A stretch of DNA of 64,000 nt from Chloropicon primus (taxonomy: Eukaryota): positions 62,001-126,000 of the forward strand of contig CP060763.1 of NCBI GenBank assembly GCA_023205875.1. The letters run 5' to 3'. Positions 1 to 11,925 of the stretch are shown here, piece after piece. How positions within the stretch are numbered: position 1 is the first letter of the stretch; each line of letters starts with the position of its first letter. The notes under the pieces were generated by a model, which worked only from the letters and a program-made list of their open reading frames with translations, had not been told where the DNA came from and ran no database searches. The translations under genes were made by a program, and so were the position numbers.

Positions 1-2065
1 ATCTCGGCTTCGCTCGCTGGGTCAATCGGGTGGTTCTGGTAATCCTGATCCCCGTCACCATGATCCTCAGGCAGACTGCTGAGTCGGTGCTGCTGCTGCT
101 GCGAAGGTCTCCGGTGGCGCTCCTGCAGGCGCTTCTGACGCTCCTGAGCGAGCTGAGAGTCGAGGATGCTCTCATTCACGTTCTTGAGTCTGTTGATCTC
201 GGCCGCAGACGCGGCGGACTCCCTCTGCATGCGTTGCAAAGTCCGGTCCAAGGTTTGCTGGGTGGACTTCAGCTCACCCTCGAGCCTCATCTTCTCGTGC
301 ACCAGGTGCTCAAGATCCTCCTTGCTCTGCTTCAGCTCCCTTCTGCACTGTGCCAAGCTGGTGTGGGCGTTGTCGTGCTCGTCCTGCAACCGGTGCAGCT
401 CTCTGGTCAGGGCCTCCTTCTCTGCTTGCAGAACCTTGGACTCCTTTTGGACATCGCTAAGCTCCGCCTTGTGCCTCGACCTTTCGCTCTCCACTTCCAG
501 TTTCCCCTGATGTTTGAAAGCGAAGCGAAGCACGTCAGTCCGTCCGTCGATCCGATTCAATTCGATGCAATCCCCAATCCCCAATCGGCTGCCGATGATG
601 GGCACCGTCCTTACCTCAGTCCCGGTCTTCTTGAGCTCGCTCTCGACCTCGGCCAACTTCATCATCACTGAGGTCTTCTCCTCAATGAGCCGATCCTTTG
701 CAGCCCTCAGCGTCTCGGCCTGCTGGCTCAGCCTCTTGTTGTCCTCCACCAATGTCTCGTGCTCCTTGTGAAGGCTCTTCAATTCGCTGGCGCGAACCCA
801 GGCATCCTGCTCCAGCTTGTGCATCTGTGACTCCATCACCTCCCTGCAAGTCATCGAGCGTGTGTGCGTGCGCGTGTGTGTGTTGTGTAAGAACATGATT
901 GAAAAGCCTAAACCAAACCCGCCAGCGTGTTTCACTCTTACCTGCTCGCTTTCTCCGTGGTGTGCTGACTGAGGGCTCTCTCGTGGACCACTTTCATGTC
1001 GTTGATCTTGGTCACCAACTCCTCCACTTGCTTTTGGTGCTTGTCCCTCTGCTCAGAAATTCTCTCCTGCTCCGCCTGTTTCAGCCAAACGTGCCACTGC
1101 TTCATGCGCTCGAGCTCCGACTCGGTGGAGGTCAGCTTCTGATGAATCTCCTCGAGAGACAACTTCTTTTGTCGGAGCTCCTCGGTCAGCTGGGCCTTCG
1201 AACGGACCAGCTCCTCGCACTGGACCCTAGTCTGCTGCAAGTCGTGCACCCTTGCCTCCAAGGCAGCCTCATTCTGCTTCAGAGAGATGGTCAACTCGTC
1301 GCACTTGGACCGGGACACCTCCAGCTTCTTGGTCGTCTCCTCGTTCGCGTCACCTGGATGACAAAGCAAACACTGGTCAGCAAAGAGAATTGGAACGGGC
1401 TTCCGCCAAGAACTTACTTTGCTCCTCGATCATGCTCTGGCACTCCTCAAGCTCTTTCTCCTTGCCGTTCAACGTTTTCTCCAGGCTCCTCTTGTATTCG
1501 AGGTTTTCGAGGTGGTTTCGCTCGAGCTCATCGAGCTGCGTCCTGAGTCCTTCCTTCTCCCTATCATCCTCGCTGTGCCTCACTTCATGCTTCTCCACTT
1601 CCTTCTCCAAGAACCGTAGTTTGCTCGTCAGCACCCTCACCTCCTTCTCCGAGGCCTGCAGTTGGTCTGAGCACGAGCGAAGAAGACGACGACGACGACG
1701 ACGAAGGGTCAGTCAGACTTGTGCTCCACGAGTGAGGAGTGTGTATCTCTTGACCTAAACGAATGAATGGAATGAGTTTCATCCTTGCCCTCCTCCTCCT
1801 CACCTGATAGGACGACGTTCTCGTGCTTGAGAGAGGTCACCTCCTTGTCCAGGGACTTGATAACGTCGCTCTGCTCCTTGCACTTCTCGGTCACTTGGGC
1901 ACTGGAAACCTTGAGAGAGGAGACGGCCTGACTCATGCCCGGCCAGCTTGGTGCCGCATCAGCATCCAGGATGCGAAGGAGCTGAAGCTGGTCGTCCAAA
2001 CCTTCCAGAGAGCTCTGGAAGGCTTCAAGCAGCTGACTCAAAGTGTAGATAGCCTCCTCCTGCAT
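1..2065 (-). CDS. Multi-exon coiled-coil protein, unknown function; 3' end runs off the window. Proposed exons 2065-1804, 1655-1418, 1353-942, 843-615, 506-<1
   Basis: Minus-strand ORF pieces are E/K/L/Q-rich heptad sequence (e.g. KLEVSRSKCDELTISLKQNEAALEARVHDLQQ). They are bounded by GTGAG/GTAAG donors (1803, 1417, 941, 614) and CAG acceptors. The true start is uncertain. Confidence 0.7.
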
Positions 2066-2461
2066 GATGTCTTCGTTGGATGAGGAGCTGAAGCCAGGAG
2101 AGAGGTCTTGACACCTTCCTCAGTCAATGTACCACCGAATTCCTCGGTCTTCCTCCCTCCCTCCTTCCAAAGATCCCGACCTTGGAGTTGCACTGACCCC
2201 ACCCCACCACACCTCCTGTTCAGAGGACAGACCTGACCTCTCTTCGCAGTGCCAAAGGTGAGGAGAGAATGTTTGTGGAAGGCAAAGTGAGGTGGGATGA
2301 GGTGAAGTGAAGTGAAGTGTCCCTCCAGCCTCCAGCCTCCTGCCTCTTGGACTGGCTCCGCTCCCTTGTGTGCTCTCTCTCCCTTGGCCACGCGGCCCTT
2401 CCTCCCTTGGACTGTCAGTAGTTTAAATTAAATTAATTCTGGAGGAGGGAGGAGGGAGGAG

Positions 2462-2907
2462 GGGGATGAATCATTGATGCAGGGCGAGGGTGAGGGTGGT
2501 GGGAGGGAAGGAGGCATGGGTGGACGCGTTGCTTCTTCCTCTTCCTCTTTCCAAGTAGTCCTCGTCTCTTTCAGAAAGAATCGTGGTGATGCAGGAGGAC
2601 CACCAAGGAGGAGGAGGAGGAGGATGGATGAATGGATTGTGGGGATGAATCATTGATGCAGGGCGAGGGTGAGGGTGGTGGGAGGGAAGGAGGCATGGGT
2701 GGACGCGTTGCTTCTTCCTCTTCCTCTTTCCAAGCAGTCCTCGTCTCTTTCAGAAAGAATCGTGGTGATGCAGGAGGACCACCAAGGAGGAGGAGGAGGA
2801 GGATGGATGAATGGATTGTGGGGATGAATCATTGATGCAGGGCGAGGGTGAGGGTGGTGGGAGGGAAGGAGGCATGGGTGGACGCGTTGCTTCTTCCTCT
2901 TTCCAAG
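2462..2907. repeat. Tandem array, 179-bp period, ~2.5 copies
   Basis: GGGGATGAATCATTGATGCAGGGCGAGGG starts at 2462, 2641 and 2820. Copies 1 and 2 differ at CCAAGTAG/CCAAGCAG. Confidence 0.95.
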
Positions 2908-3091
2908 GAGCCCTTACTTGCAAACTGGGAAGGTGATCGATGGTGGTCAACACACCAGCGCTATTCTTTGTCTACATCATCATTTGGTGTGCGTGACTCG
3001 TTACCTGCACGCTCCTTTGCTTGACTTTTATTGTTTACGTTACTATTTCACAGGTCGGGAGAGTCCAGTGTTGGACTGGCACGGCGTCCAG

Positions 3092-3864
3092 TCACCCGTC
3101 GTACCCCAAGTCCTCCTCCGTTGTCGTGGTGACTTCCTCGGACAGAACCCGCATGGTCGCCTCGGCGCTCACCATCATCCTCATCGCGACCTCCTCCTCC
3201 ACCGCGATCTCCTCCTCCACCGCGATCTCCTCCTCGTCCTCCGCGACCTCCTCCTCATCTTCCGCGACCTCCTGCACCGAGTAAAGCGGAGGCGGCGCGG
3301 AGGCAACGCTCCCTTGCTCCTCCTCCTGTTCCGCCCGAAGCTTGTAACGCTTCAGCCTGTTGGCAAGCTGGTACAATCCCTCGATGCCGCCCACCCTCAT
3401 GAGCATCTCCTCGTCCAGCATGTTGTCCTTGAAGAAGTACAAGGGCAAGAGAGAAGCGTACTCTCCCTCGGCCTCAAGAGCCAATGCTGTGGCCTCCTCG
3501 AGCGTCGTCGGCTCGGGCGCCTCCCTCGAGAGCCCCCCCCCCCGGTACATCGCTTCCTTCGCCTTCCGCAGCGCGCCGTCTTCATCAAGAAAAGAAACGA
3601 GGGGTCAGCGATGAGAAACGAGAGGTCATCGAGGTGACGCGGCGAGAGGACTGAGGACTGCCCACACCCGGGTTACCCACACTCACCTCGGACGATCTGG
3701 GAAAGGAACCCCCTCCCTCTGTGCGCTGCCGTGGCCTCGCAGTCCTCAGGTCCAACAACCACGAGGAACGCGAAGAGGAACACGAAGATGAACACCAAGA
3801 CCTCCACAAGTCTCGAGGACGATGTAGCCGTGGAGGAGGAGGAGTGCCACCATCGCGGTATCAT
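3092..3864 (-). CDS. Small putative secreted/membrane acidic protein, paralogue A; exons 3864-3687 and 3579-3092, ~221 aa
   Basis: Hydrophobic N-terminal stretch (LVEVLVFIFVFLFAFLVVVG). Phase-1 GTGAG intron 3686-3580 with a CTGAC branch-like site. Splicing gives RGRGFLSQIVR-DGALR in frame with the 3092..3550 ORF, which has a Glu-rich tail. Confidence 0.7.
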
Positions 3865-4776
3865 CTCTGCCCCCCTCTCCTCCTCTCTCTTCAGGGAGGA
3901 GAAGGAGAATAAAAAAAAAAAGCTTGTCTCAATTGCGGAGAGCGGCGAGTCCAATTGCAGTCCGAACCCCCTCCGGTCCACCCAGGCTCCCTCTCTTTCT
4001 CTCTCTCTGCTCCCTCTCGCCCGATGTCAGTCGCCGCTCGTCATGCCGTGTAGTCACCATGTAGTCATTGCCTCAAAGCCTTTGCCACATGGACCACAGC
4101 GCTGGATGAGAGAAGTAACTGCCCATGGAGGTGCTGCTGATGATGGTGATGGTGATGGTGATGATGATGGCGGGGAAGGAGGGGGACGGTGGGAGGTCGA
4201 AGGACAATGAATTCGTGCTCCTCTCCCTCTTTCCAAAGAACTCTCGCTTGATGGGGTAACCGGGAAAGAAAGTGATCAGGCCAAGGGGGGAGGAGGGAGG
4301 GTGATGGTGATGATGGTGATGATGATGGCGGGGAGGGAGGATTGGGAGGGGATTGTGCCTTGCATGGTCCCTTCCACTGGATCTTCATCCTTCTCCTTCC
4401 ACCTGCTCCTTCCAAAGAGAAGAGCCCTTTGATGGAGGGAGGGAGAGAAGGAGGAGGAGGAGGAGGCCACAACAATGAAGGAGCTTGCTTGCTCGCGTTG
4501 AAAGAACAATGCAATGTCATAAAAAAAAAAGATAAAAAAAACGTCCCGATCACGAGTCCCGATCCATTCCCTCCACCCGCATGCATCAACCTCTCCCTCA
4601 AGGTCTCTTCGGTCGATGCCTGCTTGTGGATGGGAGCGTCATCGGCGTTGGTGTCGGTGCCGTCACCTGGGCGCAAAAAAGGATCCTCAAAAATTTGCAC
4701 TGCCCCGGAATCCGAAGCGATTGCCTCCACCACCGCCACACCTTTGTCTCCCCCTCTCCCTCTCTCTCTCTCTCCC

Positions 4777-5345
4777 TCACCGACCACCCTCCTCCTCCTC
4801 CTCCTTTGCATGATCGGCAGGGGTCAACGCCGTTTGATCCAACGGGATCAGCACCAGGCCGCCCTCGGCCTCCTGGACCATCACCAGGCCGCCCGGAGCA
4901 CCGCCGCCGTCGTCCACGGCCAGGTGCTGGATGTCGCTCCCCCGCGGGCCGCTCGCGAGCGGGAGGAGGGACCGCAGGGCGTCTTCGTTAACGTCCTCGT
5001 GCCCCGCCCGGCGGTATCGAGCGGCGGCCCTCTTGACGCCGGCCGCCTTGGGGAGCAGCAACCGCAGGGCGTACTCGTCCAGGCCCTCGACCATGCGCAG
5101 CGCTCCATCTGCGCCAGGGAAAGATGAGAGGAAAGAAAAAAGTCAGGGCTCTGTGCTTGCGAGGCTCTCTTCCATCCGACTGCGTTCTGGCGCAAGCGTG
5201 CCTCCTCACCTCTCACGATCTGCGACAAATAGTCCCTCCCTCGGATCGCAGGAGCGTCGTCGCGCTCGCTCACGCAGGAGCAGCTCGAGCAAGCCATCCC
5301 CCACGCGAGGAGACCGCAGAGAAACCACGACAACCGCGGCATCAT
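4777..5345 (-). CDS. Small putative secreted protein, paralogue B; exons 5345-5210 and 5108-4777, ~155 aa (3' end uncertain)
   Basis: Signal-peptide-like MMPRLSWFLCGLLAWGMACSSC. Phase-1 GTGAG...CAG intron 5209-5109. Splicing gives RGRDYLSQIVR-DGALR in frame with the 4777..5094 ORF. Confidence 0.65.
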
Positions 5346-6238
5346 CTCTCTCCTTCGCAGCCCCTTCGACAACCTCGAAAGCGAGTGCGGCATGCAAATT
5401 GCGCGAAACCTTCCTTCTTCTGCGCGAACCTCTCGACCCTCCCTCGACCCTTTCTCGTGCTTCCGGCGGTCTCACGCCCACCTTATCGCCGAGCGATGAA
5501 GCCAACTCCACACAACAACCTCGTCGCCCACCCCCAAACCCAAGCGACCACTCTTTCGAAAGAGCACTGAGACCAGAGACGAAACCAGGAACACGAGATG
5601 CTCCGCCACAAACCTCCTCCCTTCTCCCTTGTCAAGGACTTGACCTCCTCGTCGTCCGTTTCCCTCGCTCGTAACGGTTTTTGGAAAGAAAAAAAACGAC
5701 GACGACCTCAGCCGTTACGTTCTCCTCCTCAGCCGTTACGTTACGGTTACGCCACGCGACGACGACGACGACGACGCCGGCGTCTGGTCTGGTCTGCGTG
5801 AGAGGGTGAGAGGCCTACCGCGGAAAGGAAAGGAAAGGACCACTGCCCTCGCCCTCGCCCTGGCGCTTCCTCCTCCTCTCTTGTCCTCGCCGTCGCCGAG
5901 CAAGCACAAGTCCTCTCGCTTCGTGTGTGGGCTCTTTCGAAAGAGCAAAGGGAGACGCTTCCCTTGAGACAAATCAAACGCTTCTCCGTCCCCTCTCTCT
6001 CCCTCTCTCTCCCTCTCTCTCCCTCGCGTCCTCCGCTCGCGTCCTCCGCCACAGCGCGCGCTTTTCTGTCTCAAATCGCGCGCCACGATCGACGACGTGG
6101 CCTTGGTAGAAGGTGAGGGAACGGCGACGGTGGAAAGGTTCAAATCGACGAGGGGACCGTCACGACGGGGAGGGGCTTCTCGAGAGCTTTCGAAAGAGCA
6201 CTCGCTCGTCCATTTTGGCGAAGATTGGAACGATCCAC

Positions 6239-6582
6239 GAAGAGGAGACTGACTTTGTGTCTTGCACTTTGCTCCTATGCTCATGGTCATCCTCCCTATT
6301 GGTGCTGGTTGTTCTGCACCGGTGGAAGGTTCGTGTGCACCGTGAAGAGGAGAGGAAGCGGCTTTCATCAAGCCCTCGCTCGCTCCGTTTTCATTTCAAG
6401 AAGAGGAGACTGACTTTGTGTCTTGCACTTTGCTCCTATGCTCATGGTCATCCTCCCTATTGGTGCTGGTTGTTCTGCACCGGTGGAAGGTTCGTGTGCA
6501 CCGTGAAGAGGAGAGGAAGCGGCTTTCATCAAGCCCTCGCTCGCTCCGTTTTCATTTCAAGAAGAGGAGACTGACTTTGTGT
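6239..6582. repeat. Tandem array, 161-bp period, ~2.1 copies
   Basis: GAAGAGGAGACTGACTTTGTGT starts at 6239, 6400 and 6561. Confidence 0.95.
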
Positions 6583-6693
6583 GTTTGCACTTTGATGGCT
6601 CATCCCTCATGCCTCATGGCCTCATGACTCCTTGCTCATCACGAAGGGTGTGTTGTGGATGTTGTGAAGGGGTGGGAGGTTTGTTCGCAGAGG

Positions 6694-7734
6694 ATGGCGA
6701 TGAGGAGGTCCAGACTTGTGAGCGCGGCGTGCGGGTCGGGGTGTCCCTTCGGAGGGGTTCGCCGGGGGAGGAGGGTGGAGAGGAAGCTCAGGCCGAGGAG
6801 GATGGTGTGTCGGAGTGGAGCCGGAGAGGGAGGGGAGCAGCCGGAGGAAGGGCCGAGGGAGCCGGAGGAGTCGGGGGACTACGCCTCGATGGAGGACTGG
6901 AGGTCCTTCAGAGCGCAGCTCATTCAGTCCGGGTTGAAGACGTCGGGGAGGAGAGAGGGCGAGCCTATGCCGACGACGCAGGGGGAAGGCCAAGAATCGA
7001 GCGAGGGGGACCCCAAGAAGGAGCAGGAGTCCAGGGATTTGCCATCGTCGTCGTCGATGTGGGCCCACGCCATTGGAAACCGGCCGGAGAAGGGCTGCCT
7101 GATCATCGCTCGGCCCGACGCCTTCCTCCAGTCGCAAAAGTACTTCCACGAGGCGGTGATATTCTTGGTGGACTACTCGCCGGAGAAGGGCGCGGTGGGC
7201 CTGATATTGAACAGGCCCACGCAGTTCACCCTGGGCGCGATCAGCTTCGACATCACCTCGCCGGAGGACGGCCAGGGCAAGATGCCCGAGGTGGAGGACA
7301 AGGACCTCGAGGAGAAGGTCAACATCCCGATGTTCCTTCGGGAGAATCGAGTCTACTTCGGAGGCGACGTCAAGAGCGCGGCCTCCACGCTGATGGCCGT
7401 CCACCCCTTCGACGAGACCATCATCCCAGATGCCCAAAAGGTCGTGGAGGGCGTGTACTGCAACGGCAAGTGGTTCGAGCTCGGCGAGGACAGGGGCCCC
7501 GCCGTGGCGATCGATGCTCCCAAGTACAAATTTTTCGCCCAGTACGCTGGGTGGGCGCCGGGACAGCTGGAGAGCGAGCTCGACACGGACCAAGTCTGGA
7601 TTGCGGCGGCATGCTCGCCGGAGCTCGTGCTCAAGCAGGTCATCCAGCTCCCCAAACCACTGTGGCGGGAGGTCTTGGAACTCATGGGAGGCGAGTACGC
7701 CACCATGTCGAAGGAGCAGTACGGCGAGCTTTGA
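6694..7734 (+). CDS. DUF179 (YqgE/AlgH-like) protein with an N-terminal extension resembling an organellar transit peptide
   Basis: DWRSFRAQLI, GCLIIA, YFHEAVIFL, GAVGLILNRP, VYFGGDV, FFAQYAGWAPGQLESEL and LWREVLELMGGEY match the plant/algal DUF179 pattern. Confidence 0.9.
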   Translation: MAMRRSRLVSAACGSGCPFGGVRRGRRVERKLRPRRMVCRSGAGEGGEQPEEGPREPEESGDYASMEDWRSFRAQLIQSGLKTSGRREGEPMPTTQGEGQESSEGDPKKEQESRDLPSSSSMWAHAIGNRPEKGCLIIARPDAFLQSQKYFHEAVIFLVDYSPEKGAVGLILNRPTQFTLGAISFDITSPEDGQGKMPEVEDKDLEEKVNIPMFLRENRVYFGGDVKSAASTLMAVHPFDETIIPDAQKVVEGVYCNGKWFELGEDRGPAVAIDAPKYKFFAQYAGWAPGQLESELDTDQVWIAAACSPELVLKQVIQLPKPLWREVLELMGGEYATMSKEQYGEL

Positions 7735-7821
7735 GCTGTTGTTTCTTTTTACATTACACACGGGCTGGGACCTTTGGTTGGCCTCCATCATTTAAGAAGT
7801 AACATTTCTCGACTTTGTTTT

Positions 7822-10096
7822 TTAGACTTTGGTGCACGACTCCAGGGCTTTCGTGAGCTTCTGCCTCTCGGCGTCATCCTTGAGCCACATCTCGATCATG
7901 ATCTTGTTCGCGTCTTGGATCTGGACGGGAAAGCCATTGGCAGAGGAGCCGAGGCCGATGATCTCCATCCCCGGGGTGATCCTGATCGACATGAATTCCC
8001 TCGAGCAAGTCAGGTCCTTGTAAATCACGAGCTGCTCATTGGCCAGCACGCAGTACCTCTCCTTGATCTGGTTCTTGAAGTACCCCCCCCTGGTGGTCAG
8101 CGGGCCCGTGTAGGTCCCCGAGGAGATGGTGTTCTGCCTGGACAGGGTCTTGGTCTTCTGCAGGGGAGGGGCGGGAGACGCGGGCGGGGAGCTAAGGTTT
8201 TTCCTCGACACCGTTCTCGGTAGCAGCTCATCACCTTCTTCGTTCAAGGCGGCCTTCACGTCCTGCACCTCGAAGGACTTCTTACTCTCCCGAGTCGTGG
8301 CATCTCCTGGTGCCGCATCATCACTACTGTCCCGCTCGGAACCGTCCGATCCACCTTGGGGCTCAGCCGTCCGGTTTCCTCCCGGGCCTGCTTGCTCCTC
8401 GTCCTCCTCCACTCCATCGCTCCTTTCCTGCTCCATGGCTTCCTCGAACTCCTCATCGTCCTCCAGCAGGCCCAGGTTGAACATCTCCAAGGAGATGTTC
8501 AGGGTGCCCCTCTGTCCGTACTCCACGCTGGAGAGGTCAAGCTCCAGCATGTGGGCCGTGCCGTCGAAGAGAGCCTCGAGGTCCACCACAGCTGACCCAA
8601 GGAGGGTGTTCTTTCCCACGATGTCGTGATCGAACACGGACAGCTTGACGGGCTTGTCCAAGTTTTGCAGCAAGAAAGTGAACTGCTCGTTCCACTTGGG
8701 ATTGCAAGTCATCCTCTTCACCTTGGTCTTCGCCCTCTTGTGACCCACATTGATGACCACGAAGGGGTCGCTCGTGTTCTTCCCAATCAAGTTCCGATCG
8801 GCGGCCGCGAGATTGTAGGCACGGAGGATCTCGATGTCGAGCTTCACCTTGGGCTCACCCAACGCAGCAGCATCTTCCACCCCCATCTCCTTACCGGTGT
8901 CAACGTTGATTATCTTCACGGCGGCGGCCTTCTCGTCTGGCTCCTCCGCGCTCATCTCGGCCAAGGGCACCTCGAGGACGTTCGGCAAAGCCAAGACCGT
9001 CAGTGCGCCCTTGACGAGGTCGCCGATCTGGTTGATCAGCGGCATCTGTGTGATATCCCCGAACAGCTTCGAGACGGGGCGAATCTGGAAGTCCAGATCA
9101 GGGAGAGTGGGGAGCGTGATGCCGAGCATGCCAACGTAAGGCGGCGCTCCCGTGAGATTGCTCAGTCGAATCCTGACGGTCCCCTCCAGGGAGAGCTTGC
9201 TGATGTGCAGGAAGAACGGCAGCTTCTCGAGCAAACCGGCGCTGATCTCGAATCTCATGTTCTCCGATGGAATGAACTGAATGTCGAGATCGATGTCGAC
9301 GCGGGACTCCTTCGAACCCTTTCTGGAAGGCCTCGAGGAGGTGGTCAAACGCCATGTGCTGCTTCTCGCTGTACACGTCCTCGCTGAAATCGCTGTACTT
9401 CTTCGAGCTCGCCTTGCCAGCCTTCTTCTTCGTCACCGCGACGTGCTCCTCGGGCAGGGACGTCCTGATGCGAAGAATTCGAAGGGGAATCTCTCCGAGG
9501 GACACGCTCTCCACTTTGAGTCTCTTGATCACCGACTGGGTCTTGAGGAACTCGTCGAAGATGAACTGAACGTTCTCCAGAACGATCTCGCTGACCATGG
9601 GCTCGATGGCGTTGGGCCAGAGCCTGACCATTGCTCTGTTCAGCCAAGCCGCGGTGTCTCCGATGGTGTACTGGTCATCGTCCACGATGAGGAGCCGCCG
9701 CAAGTAGCGCTCGATGATCAGCTTGTTCGCCAGCCTCTCCGAGTCCGTTGACTTTATGATTTCCAGCCAAGGCACGGCCACCACGAGCACCAACCAGAAG
9801 GGGAACCCCCAACGACCCCAAAGGTAGCACGTGACAACAATGCAAAAGAAGTGGACCAGGCTCGGCGAGTTGCTCAGGACGAGTGCCGCGAATTGCCTTG
9901 CCTTGACCTCCAGCGACTCTCCCTCGCTCCCTGTCCCAAGGTCATCTCCGCCCTTGTGACCCCTTGCACCAGCAGGGCTTCTCCTCGAGCTGGTGTTGGT
10001 CCGCTTCCCCGTCAGCCGGTCGATCTGCCTCCTCAGCGCGATGTTCTCCAGGCTGAGCTCGGACAGGATCCTCTTCGCCTCCTCGTACGTGTTCAT
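7822..10096 (-). CDS. Synaptotagmin/extended-synaptotagmin-like protein (TM hairpin, SMP, C2, C-terminal PH-like), with an apparent 1-nt frameshift near 9348
   Basis: TM segment, then SMP motifs (DTAAWLNRAMVRLWP; VSLGEIPLRI; ISKLSLEGTVRIRL; PDLDF). C2 domain (RAYNLAAAD..SDPFVVI..NPKWNEQFTF..VFDHDIVGKNTLLG). PH-like tail (KERYCVLANEQLVIYKD). Two overlapping ORFs join inside the SMP domain. Confidence 0.85.
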
Positions 10097-10143
10097 CTCG
10101 CTATTTCACAACAGCAAAAGGAGGCAGGAAGACCACCCGAACC

Positions 10144-10661
10144 TCGTCCTCCTTGTCCTCCTTGTCCTGGTGCCCAAGATACGAAACTTTGCCGACACCC
10201 TCTTGCCTTGAGGAACGAGAGGTGGTTCCACAACGATCAGGAGGGACTCTTTCACCGGTCCTCGCACTCGTGCCCTCCGTCTTGGACTCAACAACCGCCG
10301 TGTGAACGCAAACCCAACCCAAGGTCGTCCTCCTTGTCCTCCTTGTCCTGGTGCCCAAGATACGAAACTTTGCCGACACCCTCTTGCCTTGAGGAACGAG
10401 AGGTGGTTCCACAACGATCAGGAGGGACTATTGCACCGGTCCTCGCACTCGTGCCCTCCGTCTTGGACTCAACAACCGCCGTGTGAACGCAAACCCAACC
10501 CAAGGTCGTCCTCCTTGTCCTCCTTGTCCTGGTGCCCAAGATACGAAACTTTGCCGACACCCTCTTGCCTTGAGGAACGAGAGGTGGTTCCACAACGATC
10601 AGGAGGGACTATTGCACCGGTCCTCGCACTCGTGCCCTCCGTCTTGGACTCAACAACCGCC
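10144..10661. repeat. Tandem array, 181-bp period, ~2.9 copies
   Basis: TCGTCCTCCTTGTCCTCCTTGTCCTGGTGCCCAAGATACG starts at 10144, 10325 and 10506. Copy 1 differs slightly (GACTCTTTCACC vs GACTATTGCACC). Confidence 0.95.
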
Positions 10662-10933
10662 AATCCCTCCCTCCCTCCCTCCTAAGTTCCCCCTGAGTGA
10701 GTGAGGTTGACTGCCTTGAGGAGAAACGGGGGATTTATAATTTCACGATCGACGTGGTGCGTGGCGGAGAAGGGGCGAGCACTTGGAGAGGCTTGGGTCG
10801 CAAGGGACGGCGGAGAGCGTACCATAGAGGTCAACAGGTGGAAAGTAGACCTCAAGGGCTTTCGAACGAGCTCTTACTTGAGGGATTTCGACCACGGGAA
10901 GACACGCTTGCTCCAGGGGAGGAGACGGTGGGT

Positions 10934-11776
10934 ATGGCTGGAGCAGGCCGAAGGGGTTTGAACCTCGCGGTGGTGGCGTTGGGCGTTTTCCTTCTCGTCG
11001 GGAGGGACTCCTTGAACGACGTCTTCGCACCCATCATTAAGGAAAAATCATTCAGGTCCGATGGCCTCTTTCAAGTCGGGGCAAACTTGAAGGAGGTCTT
11101 CACGGGAGAAGCCATGCTGCAGAACTACATGGAGCAAATGTCCAGAGGACCTAAGTCCGTGCACATGTCATTCTGTGCCTCGTGAGGCTACTCCAAGCTG
11201 GCGGAAAACGTAAGAACAAGAAGAAGCCAATCATTCACTCACTCGTTCGTTCGTTCGTTCTCGTTCTCGTGGGTGGGACTCTGACTCTTGAGCTTGACTT
11301 GTCTCTCTGTCTCTTGTCTTTTGGTGGATGGATGGGTGATGACTGGCGTGTTTCATGGTGTGCAGTTGAAGCAGCAATACCTCCAAAATCATCCAGAGTT
11401 GGAGGTAACTTTTTCCATTTATCCCACTGCTCCTTGGAAGGAGAAGTTGGCCATGGTGATCAACGTCTTGTCGTGGGTCGCTATCGTGCTTTTGTTCTGG
11501 GGCGACTCGATATTTGCCAAGCTTGGCATGAGGCCGCCCGCCCTCTACGAGTTCTTCATGAACTTTGAGGACGTCAGGAACAGCAAGATGCTTGTCACCC
11601 TGGCAATATTCTTTTTGAACTCGTTCGCGCAGGGAAACTTGCACAAGACCGGAGCTTTCGAGGTCTACTACAACTCGACGCCAGTGTATTCGAAGCTCGC
11701 GCAGGGGGTGGGGAAGAGGGTGGTCATGAAAGACATGCTCGACGGTCTTGAGGCGGCGATGGGTGCCTCAAAGTAG
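10934..11776 (+). CDS. SELENOT: Selenoprotein T-like (Rdx family); exons 10934-11209 and 11366-11776, Sec at TGA 11183-11185, ~228 aa
   Basis: Signal/anchor N-terminus, then HMSFCAS-TGA-GYSK, the CxxU-GY motif of SelT. A phase-0 GTAAG...TGCAG intron is followed by YP, two hydrophobic segments and TGAFEVYYN..VYSKL. A SECIS lies downstream. Confidence 0.92.
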
Positions 11777-11925
11777 GACTGCGGCATCGGGGAGAAGCGC
11801 CCCGGGCTATCGGCGCCGAATCAAACTTGAGAGGGGCTGCACCGCCCTTTTTTGGTTCAAGGCGCCCGGGCTTTCCCGCCCGCTCCTTGTGGCGCACGCA
11901 CTCGCCATCCTTTGGTGTGCTTTGC

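Noticed and set aside
4130..4470. Possible degenerate ~160-bp tandem duplication (GAT-rich tracts near 4141 and 4301)
   Set aside because: The similarity is mostly microsatellite and purine runs, so it is not supportable as an array.
5700..5752. CCGTTAC repeats resembling MSA (AACGG) cell-cycle elements
   Set aside because: The motif is short, the match is imperfect, and no clear target gene is adjacent.
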